Below are positions 1-12,300 of a stretch of DNA of 64,000 nt, in pieces (position 1 is the stretch's first letter; each line of letters starts with the position of its first letter). A model generated the notes under the pieces. The model saw nothing but the letters and a program-made list of their open reading frames with translations, was not told the origin of the DNA and ran no database searches. Origin of the DNA: Podarcis liolepis (taxonomy: Eukaryota); the NCBI GenBank assembly GCA_965112155.1, contig OZ218099.1, one strand, 5' to 3'. Both the position numbers and the translations under genes were made by a program.

Positions 1-2719
1 CTGAGATAGCTTTAAAACTGCTTAAAAATCTGTAATAGATGAGAGTCCACCTTCTGATGCAGTCCACTGTCCAAACAGTTCAGGACATTCTTCCTAATGT
101 TGTAATTTAAACACATTGTTTTGGGTTACATGCTCTGGAGCAACAAATCTGCTCCATCTATGTGGCAACGTGTCAAATATGTAATGTCCGCTCTGCCCCA
201 CACAGTCAAACCAGATCCTTCAACCTTCCCTCATCAGCCTTGGTCTCAGGCTCACTCATCATCTTTATTGCCCTCTTTCTTAAATTGTAGCGCCCTGTTC
301 CTCAGGTGAAGTAACCAAAGCATTCTAGAGCGGTGCCATTACTCCTGAATGGGACACCAAAACTTCTGTTGATGCAGCTCAGGGTTGCATTATTACTTTC
401 ACATAAGCCTCAAGGCAGTTTGCAGTCATACAATAAAAACAAAATAGATTTTAAAACAACACCCCCAGGCTTAAAAAAATACAAATAAACCTCCAATGCA
501 CAGATCCATTTGCTTGGTATTTTTTTCTTCAAAAAAGAGAATCTCAACCCATTTGGAAACACTTGTCTTTTTAGCCACTGCATTGAACTCTGACTCCAGT
601 TTAGCTTGTGGTTTGCTAAAACCCTTGTTTGTTTTCCCATGTACTGTACATTTAGACTAAAATTCCTCTCTGGGCTCTTTGAAGACTGTTTTAACATAAA
701 TGCAGTACTGTATGTTAAAACGTTTACAATTTGTGGCTAGGCTAATGTATCTGATTTAGTAACAGTATGAACCACATATTATTGAAGACAACACGAGCTG
801 CCCTACTGAGCCAGATCATCTGATTATTAGGATCTGATTCTTGTAGGAAGGATGCTAGGCTGAATGGACTCAGGACAGGAAGACCTTGATCACATGATAC
901 AGATTCAATTAACCCATTATGCTAGCAGAAGCCAGAGCAAGGACTCGTCACTAGCACATCAGGGCTTTGCCCCACTCCTCTAGAACCTCCAGAACAGCAG
1001 GCAGGAAGAGGAAGAGAGGAGACTGTTCCATTGTGCAAGCAGAACTCCTTACTGTGGATTGTATGCCACATGGTGCTCGCTCTCCTCCCTAACATGAGCT
1101 CTCTTGTTCACACTTCCAGCTAGCCAGTCAGCTTTGCCCTCCCTCCAGGATATGCCATTCCTTTGCTCCTCGCATATATTTCACATTTTTCATTTCCATC
1201 TGACAACAACAAGGGAGCATGCTTTGTCCTCACTGAGCTAAGTATTGATGGGGAAGAGGGGATCCCCTTTAGATTTTATATTTAAAGGATATTTTTGTAC
1301 ATCTGCAGATTTCAGCCGAGCATGCTCAACCTCCCTCTTGTTTCTTGGTCACTCTGCTTTGGTTCCCACCATCTTGAATTCGTTATTCAGGACACGGATG
1401 TTAAGAATAAGAGCTTTAAATAAGTACCTGGGCTTTGAACACACCTGCTTCCATGCGCTTCCATGTCAACAGTTCCAATGGTCCCATTCTCAAGTTTGCT
1501 TTTGAAAAATGACCTTGGAGCCCAGCTCCATTGAGCCCATAACTTTGCAAAGGTACAAAGGTCCAGTTAACATGTTGCACTCCACCATTTACAATCAAAG
1601 ATAATATAGTAGTAATTTGTTACACCTTCACAATACTTTTAAGACCCAGAGCCTTGTGTTCTTAGCATGTTAGTTATATGACATATATATCTTGGGAACT
1701 CTAGTTTATTCCTCGGTATTACAATACCCAGTTCCCTTAAACTGCAGTTCCTAAGATTATTTGGGGGAAGAGTTATGTGCTTTAAATGTATGCTGTGTAT
1801 GCGACCTTGTATGAGACCCCACAAAACTTCCTCTGTTCCACTACCACTGTGTTGTCCAGCAATTCAGGTCAACTCTCTGCTTTCTGTCTGGCTTAATATT
1901 TTCTCCTTCCCTCCCTTCCTCCCTTCCATGTCTGCAAATGAAAAGGCAAAGGCCAATGTAGCCCCACCCATCTGTGGACCCAGAAGTGTATCAGGCATTG
2001 GCAAGGAGGGACTGACAACTGTTCTTGCAAGAAAGGAAGGAATAGAGAGACTCCATGGCCAATTTGGGGGTGGGGGAAGGGAAGAGAGGCTATGATCCTC
2101 AATAATAAAAAGCAGGGCTGGCTTGACGTTTAATCTTCCATAATTAAACACTTCTGCAGTAGAGAACTCTGCTCACTCAGACATACTTTCCAGAAATGAC
2201 TATGCCACATTCTTATGTACGAGCAGTAAACAAAGTTTATAAGAGAGAGAGAAATTCCATGGATGAGATAGAGGGGGAGGGAGTGAAACAAATCATAACG
2301 TGGTATTTCTAGTCTAATATAAAATGATTGTATGCAAACTAACCAGTTTTGGGTTACTGAGTTTTCAAAGGCAATGAAGTTCCTGTGAAATTCTTTTCTC
2401 TAAAGGTGTTGGATTTATTATTAATCAAATTTATATGCTGCCCTAAACCCGCAGGTCTCGGGGCGGTTCACAGGAGTAATCCATACCGTGATTCCCCCAG
2501 GAACAGACATGGTCAGTAAAAAGTTAATAGGCGTTTTGACCCCCTTTGGAGTGGCTGGGATCAGGTGAGCCCCTGTGGGAGCACCCTCGGGCCAGTCTTG
2601 AAAAGCCATGAGGCTACTTAACTTTGGGTGTCTGAGGAGTCTGCAACACTTTCTGTAGGTTCTCATCTGGAAAATGTTTTACGTTCTATATTCAGTTGTA
2701 AGATGATGGGGATGATGAT

Positions 2720-3200
2720 AATAATTATTATTTATATCCCGCCATAACCAGGCTAAGGGCGGCTAACATCAAAATATAAATACATTAAAACATAAAATTC
2801 AGCAATTGACTGAAATACAGCTTAAAATCGGATTAAAATCAAATAAGATCAGAAAGCAACCAGCAAATTATGACTATAGGGGTTGGGAACCTTAGGTACA
2901 CACCAGGCTCAGCTATTTATATGAACCGGTGAGAGGAATTAGAGAGACCTATTATATGTAGGGTCTTGTAGGAGGAGAGGGGTCAGACTGGGCCCTGACA
3001 AAAGGCCTGGCGGAACAGCTCTGTTTTACAGGCCCTGTGGAGAGATGCCAAGTCTGTTGCAGCAGGGTGTTCCACCAAGCTGGGGCCAGGGCCGAAAAGG
3101 CCGTGGCTCTGGTTTGAGGCCAGCCTAACCTCCTTGAGGCCCGGGTCCTCCCAATATGTTATTCTTTGCAGACTCTAGGGTCCTCCGTAGGGCATACCAG
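2720..3200 (-). mobile_element. Degenerate LINE (L2-like) 3' fragment
   Basis: ttattatttatatcccgcc tail plus ttccaccaagctggggcc..aaaaggcc motifs typical of squamate L2 3' ends. Confidence 0.55.
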
Positions 3201-3387
3201 GTACTCCTGTTGGAAATCTAGTGAATCTAGTTACAACCACTTGTGCAATCCCTTATCCAGACTTTCTCCAACCCAATCTTAATGGTAACCAAGCACTGCC
3301 CAGTGGTCTTCCATGCACCTTATGCAATGGACAGCATGCAACATATAGTCCGCAGCATGCTTATGCTACCCTTATATTGATTGCTTT

Positions 3388-4417
3388 TGCTACGACAGAC
3401 TTCCGCAGCTGCTCTGTTCAGGAGGTGTAGGATGGGACAGTGCATTCTGAGGCCTGCTGCTGCCTTTGTCTGTGGCCTTGGATGAATCACCTGGGTTACG
3501 TTTATCCCTCCCTGCGTCAGGCTTGTTCGTTTTTTTCCAGAAGGCCTTGGAGTCTGCCAGAGCATTCTGGGAAAGATGAACATCTTGTAAACAGGCAGCC
3601 TGTGGCCTTGGAGCCGCGTGCAGCCCTCTCTGCCTAATTTCTACCCAGGTACTTGGCAGGCAGGTAGAAAGAGAGGCCTGCTCCTCCTGCTTTTTGGGTT
3701 CTGTCCTGTCCATCTGACAGGATCTCTTGCAAAGGAGTAGCGGCGCTTGACAGGCAATGATGCCTTCCCTGCCTGCTGGTATAAAAGGGCAAGTTCCCTC
3801 AGGCCTCCTTGTCGCGACTGGAACTCCTCTGCTTCCCTGTTGTTGCTTCTCTGTCCCCTGGTTAGTGATCCGTTAAAGCCAGGACAGATACCCGGAACAT
3901 CTCCTTCCTAGCCCTACCTCACTGGGGTGGTAGGCAGGTCACGCTGACCCAGATTTCAGCACAGCATACCTGCCGGTGCCTCTCAGGAAGTCTCCTCCTC
4001 TGCCTGCGTTAATCATAAATCCACCCCAATCTCCTTGGTAACCTAAGCGGGGGCTTGCCTTGTGATTCTCACTCTGTGGGACATCCTTCGGGGTGAAGGT
4101 CGCTTGCTTGATGGCTCCCTGCTTGGGGGGGGGGAGCCATCTCCCCGCTACGGGGGTGTGTGTGTGATGAACCTGCCACTCGCAAGGTGAGTTCCTGGGA
4201 TCTGACAAGGGAGGAGAGACAGACACACAAAGAGAGGGAAAGGGAGCGGATGCTTCTCCTTGTAAGTCTCTTCTTCCTTAATACCTTTCCTCCACTGCTG
4301 AATTCCCTTAGAAATAAACAGCTTGCCACATAAACCATGCCCTCCTCCCCTCTCACTTGTAACTTGACCCTCCTTGTGGGCCTAGAGTTATTTTTAACCT
4401 CCCATTGACCCGCATAA
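3388..4417 (+). mobile_element. Putative solo LTR (~1.03 kb)
   Basis: Starts TGCTACG and ends CGCATAA(C), an imperfect TG..CA inverted terminus; cttt on both flanks (possible 4-bp TSD); TATAAAAG at 3780 followed by AATAAA at 4313, the U3-R-U5 order. Confidence 0.5.
3780..3787 (+). promoter_or_regulatory. TATA box (TATAAAAG) in the putative LTR, upstream of the TGFBR3L-like gene
   Basis: Consensus TATA sequence; TGGCCTTGG motifs at 3473 and 3603 upstream; AAG|GTGAGT donor after 4186 downstream. Confidence 0.45.
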
Positions 4418-4602
4418 CTTTTTTATTATTGTTGTTCATTAAACGATGCCAGTCTGGAGATAGGAGGCCTTGAATTGGCTCACGGCTTCTACATCCCCTG
4501 GATTAAGCGCTGCAAGTCCTCCCACTTGCTTCCTGTCCTTCAGTTCAGGTAGCACTTTGTCCAACCTCCTCCTCCTCTATTTTTCTCCTAACCTGCATCT
4601 AG

Positions 4603-4636
4603 ATCCACTGACAGTGGGAGAGCTCTGCTGGACAAG
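4603..4636 (+). other. Probable non-coding 5'UTR exon of the TGFBR3L-like gene
   Basis: Pyrimidine tract plus ctag acceptor at 4602 and a perfect CAAG|GTAAGT donor. The ATG-containing exon has its own acceptor at 5747, so an upstream exon is required. Confidence 0.45.
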
Positions 4637-5794
4637 GTAAGTGTTCCTCTGGCATTCCCTCTCCACATTCTGGCATTTGGCTTGCTGGGAGGTGGAACAC
4701 GTCCTGGAAACTTTTAATTACAGCCAGTCTAATCCTGTAACACTGAATCTTGCTGTCTCAATGCATCCTCCTTTTAAAACAGAGCCATAAAGGTGGGAGG
4801 GAAGTTTTTGTGGGAAACTTGAGACAGGAGAGAAGAACGCCTTTTTGACTGACAGAAGTTGGGACCAGAAGGTGAGGGAGAGTAAGTTGCCTTCAGGGAA
4901 AGATTTCAGATTCAGTCTATAGAACTGAGAAGCAGGTGTTGGGCAAAATCCTTCTGGCTAGAGACAGATCATCACAGTGGATAATACTGAGCAAAGTGGA
5001 CCGATGATCTGGATTAGGCTCACACATCTTCCCATTTTCAAGGAGTAGAAGCTATTAGATAGTAAACAGTTTGGAAGCAGGATAAGCTCTGGGGTCCCCA
5101 ATAGTGCCCTCCTCTTGGTGCCAGCCAAGATCCCCTGACCCCATTTTTTTTAAGAAATTGAGGCTTTTTGTGATGAGGAGAGTGGGGTTTTTTTGCAGGG
5201 GAGACATTGCCTGCTTTTTGTATCAGTTTTATTTCTTTTGAGTGGGTAGGTGTTTAGTCTGGTTTTTGGGGAGGAGGGAGGGGTGTCTGAGCATCACCCA
5301 TTTTTCTTCAGTGAAATGGGTATTCTTAGATTTCTGACTGTTTGCTCAGATTGAAAAGGTTGGAGACCCTGGCTATATGCTATACCCTTTCACTTTGTGG
5401 TGTTAATCGGAAGGGTGGTCACCACCTTCCCCTCTGCTTCCCACTGCACCAAAATGAAGTCCTTCCACCACCCCATTCTGCTATGACTGCGCATATGACA
5501 GGATAGTTGAAGGAATGTATAATCCGTATTAAGGGACATTGAGTGTGGTCTGTATGCTTGTTTCTGTAGCAGATAGATCAGGAACGGAGAGAGGAAATGT
5601 TGGAGTTCTGTCCCAAAATCTGAACCACAAATTGACTGGTATGAGGTCTTGAGGGCTGGAAAGTGTTTCCAAGTAGCTCAGAGGTTGTGCGACGGCATTC
5701 CCTTCAACTCCTGTGCTTTCTTGCCCTGGCTTTGCTTTCTTTCCTAGGGTGGAACAAGAGGGAAATCACAGCTTTTCTTTGGGTTCTGAACACC

Positions 5795-5879
5795 ATGCAT
5801 AGAAACTGCCTGCATATCGATCACCTATGGAGACAGTACCTCCTCCTGCTGCTTGTCGTCTGGGGGTGCTCTGGGACAG
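5795..5879 (+). CDS. TGFBR3L: TGFBR3L coding exon 1, signal peptide (MHRNCLHIDHLWRQYLLLLLVVWGCSGT); exon begins at 5748
   Basis: cacc-ATG context, hydrophobic LLLLLVVW core, ACAG|GTAAAA phase-1 donor, ttcctag acceptor at 5747. Confidence 0.75.
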
Positions 5880-8800
5880 GTAAAATCTAACAGAGTGGCT
5901 ATTGTAAACATTTAAATGGGCTGCACAATAATTATCCACACCAAAGGTGTAAAACGTTTTGCTAAAACCAAACCAAACCAAAACAAAACAAAACAAAAAC
6001 ATTATTGTAGGGGAGCTATCCAGGATACATTGCTGTATGTATCAGGATGTGTAGATGTAAAAAAGAAATTAGCAGTCTTAAAATACATTTTTCTTTGCAA
6101 CCTTGAATGTAGATCAGGTCTTTCAACTTTGCTAAATAGACATGTGTGCGCTCATACAGAGCCATTTGGACAGAGCCATTTGGACATTGTCAGAGTATAA
6201 ATGTATTCAATGGGGTTTTATACTAGGGGTTTGAGGGACGTGGGTGGTGCTGTGGTCTAAACCACTGAGCCTCTTGAGCTTGCGGATCGCAAGATTGGCA
6301 GTTCAAATTCACACAATGGGGTGAGCTCCCATTGCTCTGTTCCGGCTCCTGTCAACCTAGCAGTTCGAAAGCATGCCAGTGCAAGTAGATAAATAGGTAC
6401 TGGTGCGGCGGGAAGGTAAACGGCGTTTCCATGTGCTCTGGTTTCTGTCACAGTGTTCCATTGTGCCAGAAACAGTTTAGTCATGCTGGTCACATGACAC
6501 AGAAAAGCTGTCTGCGGACAAACGCCAGCTCCCTCAGCCTGAAAGCAGAGATGAGCGCTGCACCCCAAAGTCAAATTCAACTGGATTTAACCATTCATGG
6601 GTCCTTTACCTTTACCTTACTAGGGGTTTCCCAATTCTGCATGATGCTTCTGATGCCTTTTGTCCTGCTTCTCTTTATTGGATGTACCTTCAGTGAGCAG
6701 CTTGGATTTACAGAGTATCCTTCATTCTGTACCTGCTTATTTTCCACAGGATGCATTTTCAGTTCCTTGATAACCAAGTACACACAGCTAAGGGCACTTT
6801 TAACCTGCAGCTCGGCACTCAGTATTTGTTTTTGACATTGATTACCATAGGGCAGGTAGATGCTGCCTGTGGGTTGTTTATAGCACGGAGGCTCTTAAGC
6901 TATCTGCTCAACTCATAGCCAGCTGACCATGGTTGCTTCCTATAAAGAGAAGAGTCCAGGCTTCCAAAGTTGACCAGGAGTCATAGTTTCTGTTCTGAAT
7001 GGTGAGGGGAAGGCACTCTGCCCTTGCTGTAAGGTACTTCTGCTATTTCTTCACATTCCCAAATTGGGGGGGAAACACCCATGTTGAACACTCCTGCAGC
7101 TGTACTTTGGTACCTGGTACAGCTCTCTGTGGGTTGCAGGTGGCGCTGTGGGTTAAACCACAGAGCCTAGGACTTGCGGATCAGAAGGTCGGCAGTATGA
7201 ATCCCCACAACAGGGTGAGCTCCCGTTGCTTGGTTCCTGCTCCTGCCAACCTAGCAGTTCGAAAGCATGTCAAAGTGCAAGTAGATAAATAGGTACTGCT
7301 CTGGCGGGAAGCTAAACGGCGTTTCTATGTGCTGCTCTGGTTCGCCAGAAGCGGCTTAGTCATGCTGGCCACATGACCCGGAAGCTGTATGCCAGCTCCC
7401 TTGGCCAATAAAGCGAGATGAGCGCTGCAACCCCAGAGTCGGTCATGACTGGACCTAATGGTCAGGGGTCCCTTTACCTTTACAGCTCTCTGTTCCTTTC
7501 TCATGGTGCCAGTGCATATTCTTTCACATGGAATGTTAAGGCAGGTTGAGTTGGTAGAATCCTCATGTGCTAAATGGAATTGTACCATTTCAGGCTGCAG
7601 ATGGTGTGTGTGTTTTTAAACCCCTCCCCCCTAAAGCTGTCTGTGTGTAAAATTCTAGTACATTGAGGAGAAAGAATTAGCTGCCTGGGGCAACTTAATA
7701 ACTCTGCCCAGAAGCATAGGCAGAAACGAGAGAGCCCAGGCCAGGCAGCTCCTGAGGTCGCCCTGAGAATATTTGGTAGCTTTTGTTCTTTCCAGTATTT
7801 TAAATTGAAAATTGCCTTGGTAGAAAGGCAACAAACCAGCCCAGCCTGCTCCCTACTGTGTTAGCTTTCCTATTACAAGGAACTTTTTACATTGTAGTCT
7901 CAGAATAGTATATAGTCTGGTCTGCCACCACATTCTCACCCAGTCTTATTGTTGTGTATGTAATGTGTAGCTCCTGTGCAGGGCTAGCAGCTTCCCTGTA
8001 ATTATTTAATTCATAAAATGAATGGTCAGTGGTTAGAGCACCTGCTTTGCATGACGTAGGTCCCAGCTTCATTTCCCAGCATCTTCAGGTAGGACTGAGG
8101 TTGTCCCTAGAGAGCTGCAGCCAGTCAGTGCAAAAGACAATACTCTCATCTTCATAATGAAAACAGACTTTAAATAATAATTCTCTTTAATAGGGTTGAG
8201 TGCCAAACATGACCACTGAAAAACAAGAGGAGTGCCATCAACATGCCCAGGAGAAACGGGGGGGGGGGTGGAACTAAAAGGGAGGACCCCCCCCCAAAAA
8301 AAACACTTTCCCACCCAGCAAAGGCTCTACATGCTGAGTATCCTTTGGAAAAGGAATTTAAAGGGAAGGGGGAGACTGAGCCCCTTACAGTTTATAGTAT
8401 CTTCGTGGAAGGAAAGGATAGCTGACTGAAAAAGAAACACTTTTTTTCCCTTGTACAACTTGTACAATCTAAAAATAAGCCAGTAAGTCATTGTTAGGAG
8501 CAATTCACAGTGACCCTCCCCCCTCAGTGTGGGGACCATGAAATGCGCACCAATCCATTTCTGTCCCATCATACTAGTTCCCCCAGAGTTTCCTTGTTGT
8601 TTTATTCCCCCCCCCCCCATCGTCCTCAGTCATTGGCCAGATATTCCATATTTTTTGTTTCTCAGACACAGAATGAATTATGCAAAAAAAAAAGAAAAAA
8701 GAAAAAAAAGAAAAAAAGTTAAGCTGGTGTATCATTTTGAGCTCAGGCACCTGAGCACTTTGTGTTTGGGGAGAAGGGGATGCCAAACGTACACAGTTTT

Positions 8801-9321
8801 GGAAACTACTTTTCTGAAGCCCCGTTTCTTCCAGCATTGCTCTTCTCCTTCCCCTGCAGCCTCCTGGCACCATCTCGCTTGCCTCCCCATGTCTGCCTCT
8901 ACCCCACACCCCGTCCTCGGCTTCTGGGAATCACTGCGAAAAGGCAACGGATGCACCAGCCGGGGCCGCTCTACCCTGGGGCAAGAAGTCCATGTCATCA
9001 GCCTGAAGAAGGGATTGCCGGCAAATGGCCAGGTATGGGAGATCCCCACCCATACCACCTTGCCATGTATGAGGCTGTATGATGGGTCTCGCTACAGCTC
9101 CATTGGATACCCAAACAAGATGGCAGTTCAGCTTGGCACTACGGTTCAAGGTGTCTCAGTCAGTCAAAAAGGCAAAACTCTATTTCAAAGACATCTGAAG
9201 GCAGCCCTGTTTAGGGAGGTTTTATAATATTTAATGCTGTATTGTTTTTAACACTTGATTGGAAGCCGCCCAGAGTGGCTGGGGAAACTCAGCCAGATGG
9301 GTGGGGTATAAATAATAATAA

Positions 9322-9380
<59 letters not shown>

Positions 9381-12300
9381 ATCACATCTTCACAGTTGTC
9401 AGGGCCTGGCAGAAGTCTCTCTTAAGTCACAGAAGGGTTAGGTTAGCCAAGTTGTGAGAAGCAAAGAGGAAGACTCTGCGCAGGGCCTGCTTAGAGCTGG
9501 GGGTGGGGACAGACCTCACCTGCTGAACATCCAAGGGGTAAATTGCTTTGATCATGCATGTCTCCTTGATCCTCTTTCAGGTAACTCTGATAACTCTGGA
9601 CCCAGATCCCCTCGACAGAGCCCCCATCTTTGTGCTGTATTCCCAGAAGCCTGTGCGTTGGGTGTTGCTGTCTCCCCCTGGAAAAAACTGGACCTTCCAG
9701 GTGAGATGGGATAGAGGGCCAAAGGGCCTGCAGAACATCATGGGGATCACTGAGCCAGGCCCTGCCGAGGGGGTCGTTGGAGCCCCTACTCTACGCAAGC
9801 ATAGAAGATGAGCGGCAGCTATGGGAAGGGTGGATGGAAAAGCTAATTTGCTACCTTCATAGCACTTTAACAAAATACTTTCTACCTCTGTTTGTCTTCA
9901 GAACCATCTTGTGTAGTAAGTTACTATTCTTCCCATTTTACAGATGGGGGAAATTGAGGCTGAGGGAGGCTTGCCTAAGGCTGTGGCTGAGGTGGAACTT
10001 GAACCCAGATCTCCCAGACTAAAGTGCAGCACTGTTCAACCTTAGTGCACTCCCCAGGGTGGGGTGTCAGAGAGTGGGGAGGTCCTCCAGGCTAGTATAT
10101 TTTACCTTTGCCTTCCTCCTATCTACAGGTCTCCCCCGGCTCTAATGTTTCAGCCCCAGGGCCAGTGGCTTCTGCGGAGACCAACTTACCAAAGACGCCC
10201 AAACGCCTGCTGAAGTGGGCACGGAGGGAGCATGGAGGGGTCACCTCTCTGGCTGAATACCGTGGAGTCAACAGAATCTACACACGCCTGGGGGCTGGCA
10301 TGGGCGATGAGGGTAGATATCGGCTCTGAGGGAAAGGGTGTCATTATGGCTGTGTGTCCTGCAATTCCCCTCATCCCTGACCACTGGCCCCCCTGGCTGG
10401 GGCTGATTGGAGTTGCAGTCCAGCAACATCTGGAGAGACACATGTTCCCCATATTCGCTACTGCAGTGTGATAAGCAGGAGGAAGGAAGGCAGCTGGTCT
10501 TTTGGGTCCTGGGCTAATGCAGTAACTTTGTGCAGGTCTGGGTCTGGTCAGTGCTTGGCAGGGAGACCATCCAGGAAGGAAAGATCTGTGCACTACAATC
10601 ATAGAGGGAAGATGGAATATATACACGGCACAGATAAATAAGACTCACCAGTATTAACTGGAGAGCAGTTGCCAAAGAGTTTGCATTGCTTGCAAACAAA
10701 AAAGAGTAAATCGCAGCAGCTCTTCTGTGACCATTCAGTCCAGATGCTTCATTCCTTTCCTTCTCCAGATAGGATTGCCCCAGCCACTTGCAGATTAAGT
10801 AGGAATTTCCTGACCCCGGTGCACTTTGCCTCCAAGTGCCAACTCCAGCCTCTGAGAGTTTGCCTGCATCCTGACCCTCCGCAAATCCTTGAAGTTCACA
10901 TCATCCTCTCCAAAGGAGTTGCACCAAGGTGCGTATCAGGCAGGTGTCGCCGGAGCTTCAGCATGCGGCTGTTGAACCGGGGTGTGTGTGTGTGTGTGTG
11001 TAGCGAAATGTTCATAATGAGATGCCATGTGTTGAACAGGGAGGTTGAAATTGTCCTTAGTGTAGATGGGGGGAAGGGGGATGGTGAGGAAGAATGAAAC
11101 CTGTGCAAGAAGCTGCGTATGATAAGTGACCCTTGTGTTAAAGATATAAACAGGAACATGGAAGCTGGTTCATCTAGCCTAGTACTGCTGACACGGACTG
11201 GCAGCAGATCTCCCATGTCTTTCTCAGCTCTGTCTGGAGATGATGGGGATCGTATCTCTGACCTTCTGCATGCAGAGCAGTTGCCCTGCCACTTAGCAAT
11301 GACACTTCCCCCGAAAATCAAGGCCAGACGGACACTGAGACCCTGAGCCAAAAACGAGTAGTGACAGTGGCTGGTATTAGGCCTTGAATATTGGGCAGGG
11401 GTCTCTTGAGTTGGGGGACGGGTGGCGTGGGGCTTCTCTGTCTTCCATCATGTGCTTAATCCTGTTGTGGTGGGTGGACAGCCTGCTCTCTTCTAGGCCC
11501 ACCCTGGCTCATTTGACTGTGGAACTTCATGCTGTCCGAAGGCCCCCCCACTGGGGACTGATCTTGATACTGAAGAGTGAGGGAGCTGCTGAGTGGATGG
11601 TTCACACCCACCGCCTCACTGGCCGGCTGCATGTCCTGGTAGGGGCAGGGCATAGATCTGTAACGCTCTCAGCTAATGCGCTTCTCTCTCTCTCCCTCCC
11701 CAAGTTGGTGGCAGTGGCACACATCTGGAAGGGAGCAGGGCACACATGTGCTCAAATCCAGATACAGTGGTACCTCAGGTTACAGGCGCTTCAGGTTACA
11801 GACTCCGCTAACCCAGAAATAGTACCTCAGGTTAAGAACTTTGCTTCAGGATGAGGACAAAAACCATGCGGTGGTGGCGTGGCGGCAGTGGGAGGCCCCA
11901 TTAACTAAAATGGTACCTCAGGTTAAGAACAGTTTCAGGTTAAGAACGGACCTCCAGAACGAATTAAGTTCTTAACCTGAGGTACCACTGTAGATGCATT
12001 ATGCAGAATTGCAACCTTTCCTAGAGGAAGCAGTTTGGTAATTTTAGATGCTGGACTTAATACTATTATAAGGGTTATATTATGGAGGGTTCCTTCTGCT
12101 AAGTCCTGCCTTCACAGGCCCACTAGCGAGCTTTGCCAACCCTCTTCCATAAGCTTCCCCTGCATTCTCCCTATAACTCTAGGCTTGCCTCCTCCTCCTC
12201 CTCCAGCCTTATTATTTTTCCTGAAGTGAGCCAAGGAGTCTTACTTCCTGGCTCCAACTCTCCACCCCACTAGGCTACTCCCTCTTGGGAGTTTGTCTCC

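Noticed and set aside
6235-6320. tRNA gene (also near 7131, 8020, 39540 and 44250)
   Set aside because: These are tRNA-derived SINE heads with SINE bodies or tails, not complete cloverleaves.
8529-9227. 232-aa ORF as a stand-alone gene
   Set aside because: Only 8860-9032 is a real exon; the rest is intron read-through (poly-A/poly-C tracts and an L2 fragment).
9242-9457. Poly-Leu membrane peptide ORF
   Set aside because: Translation of a (TTA)n microsatellite tail.
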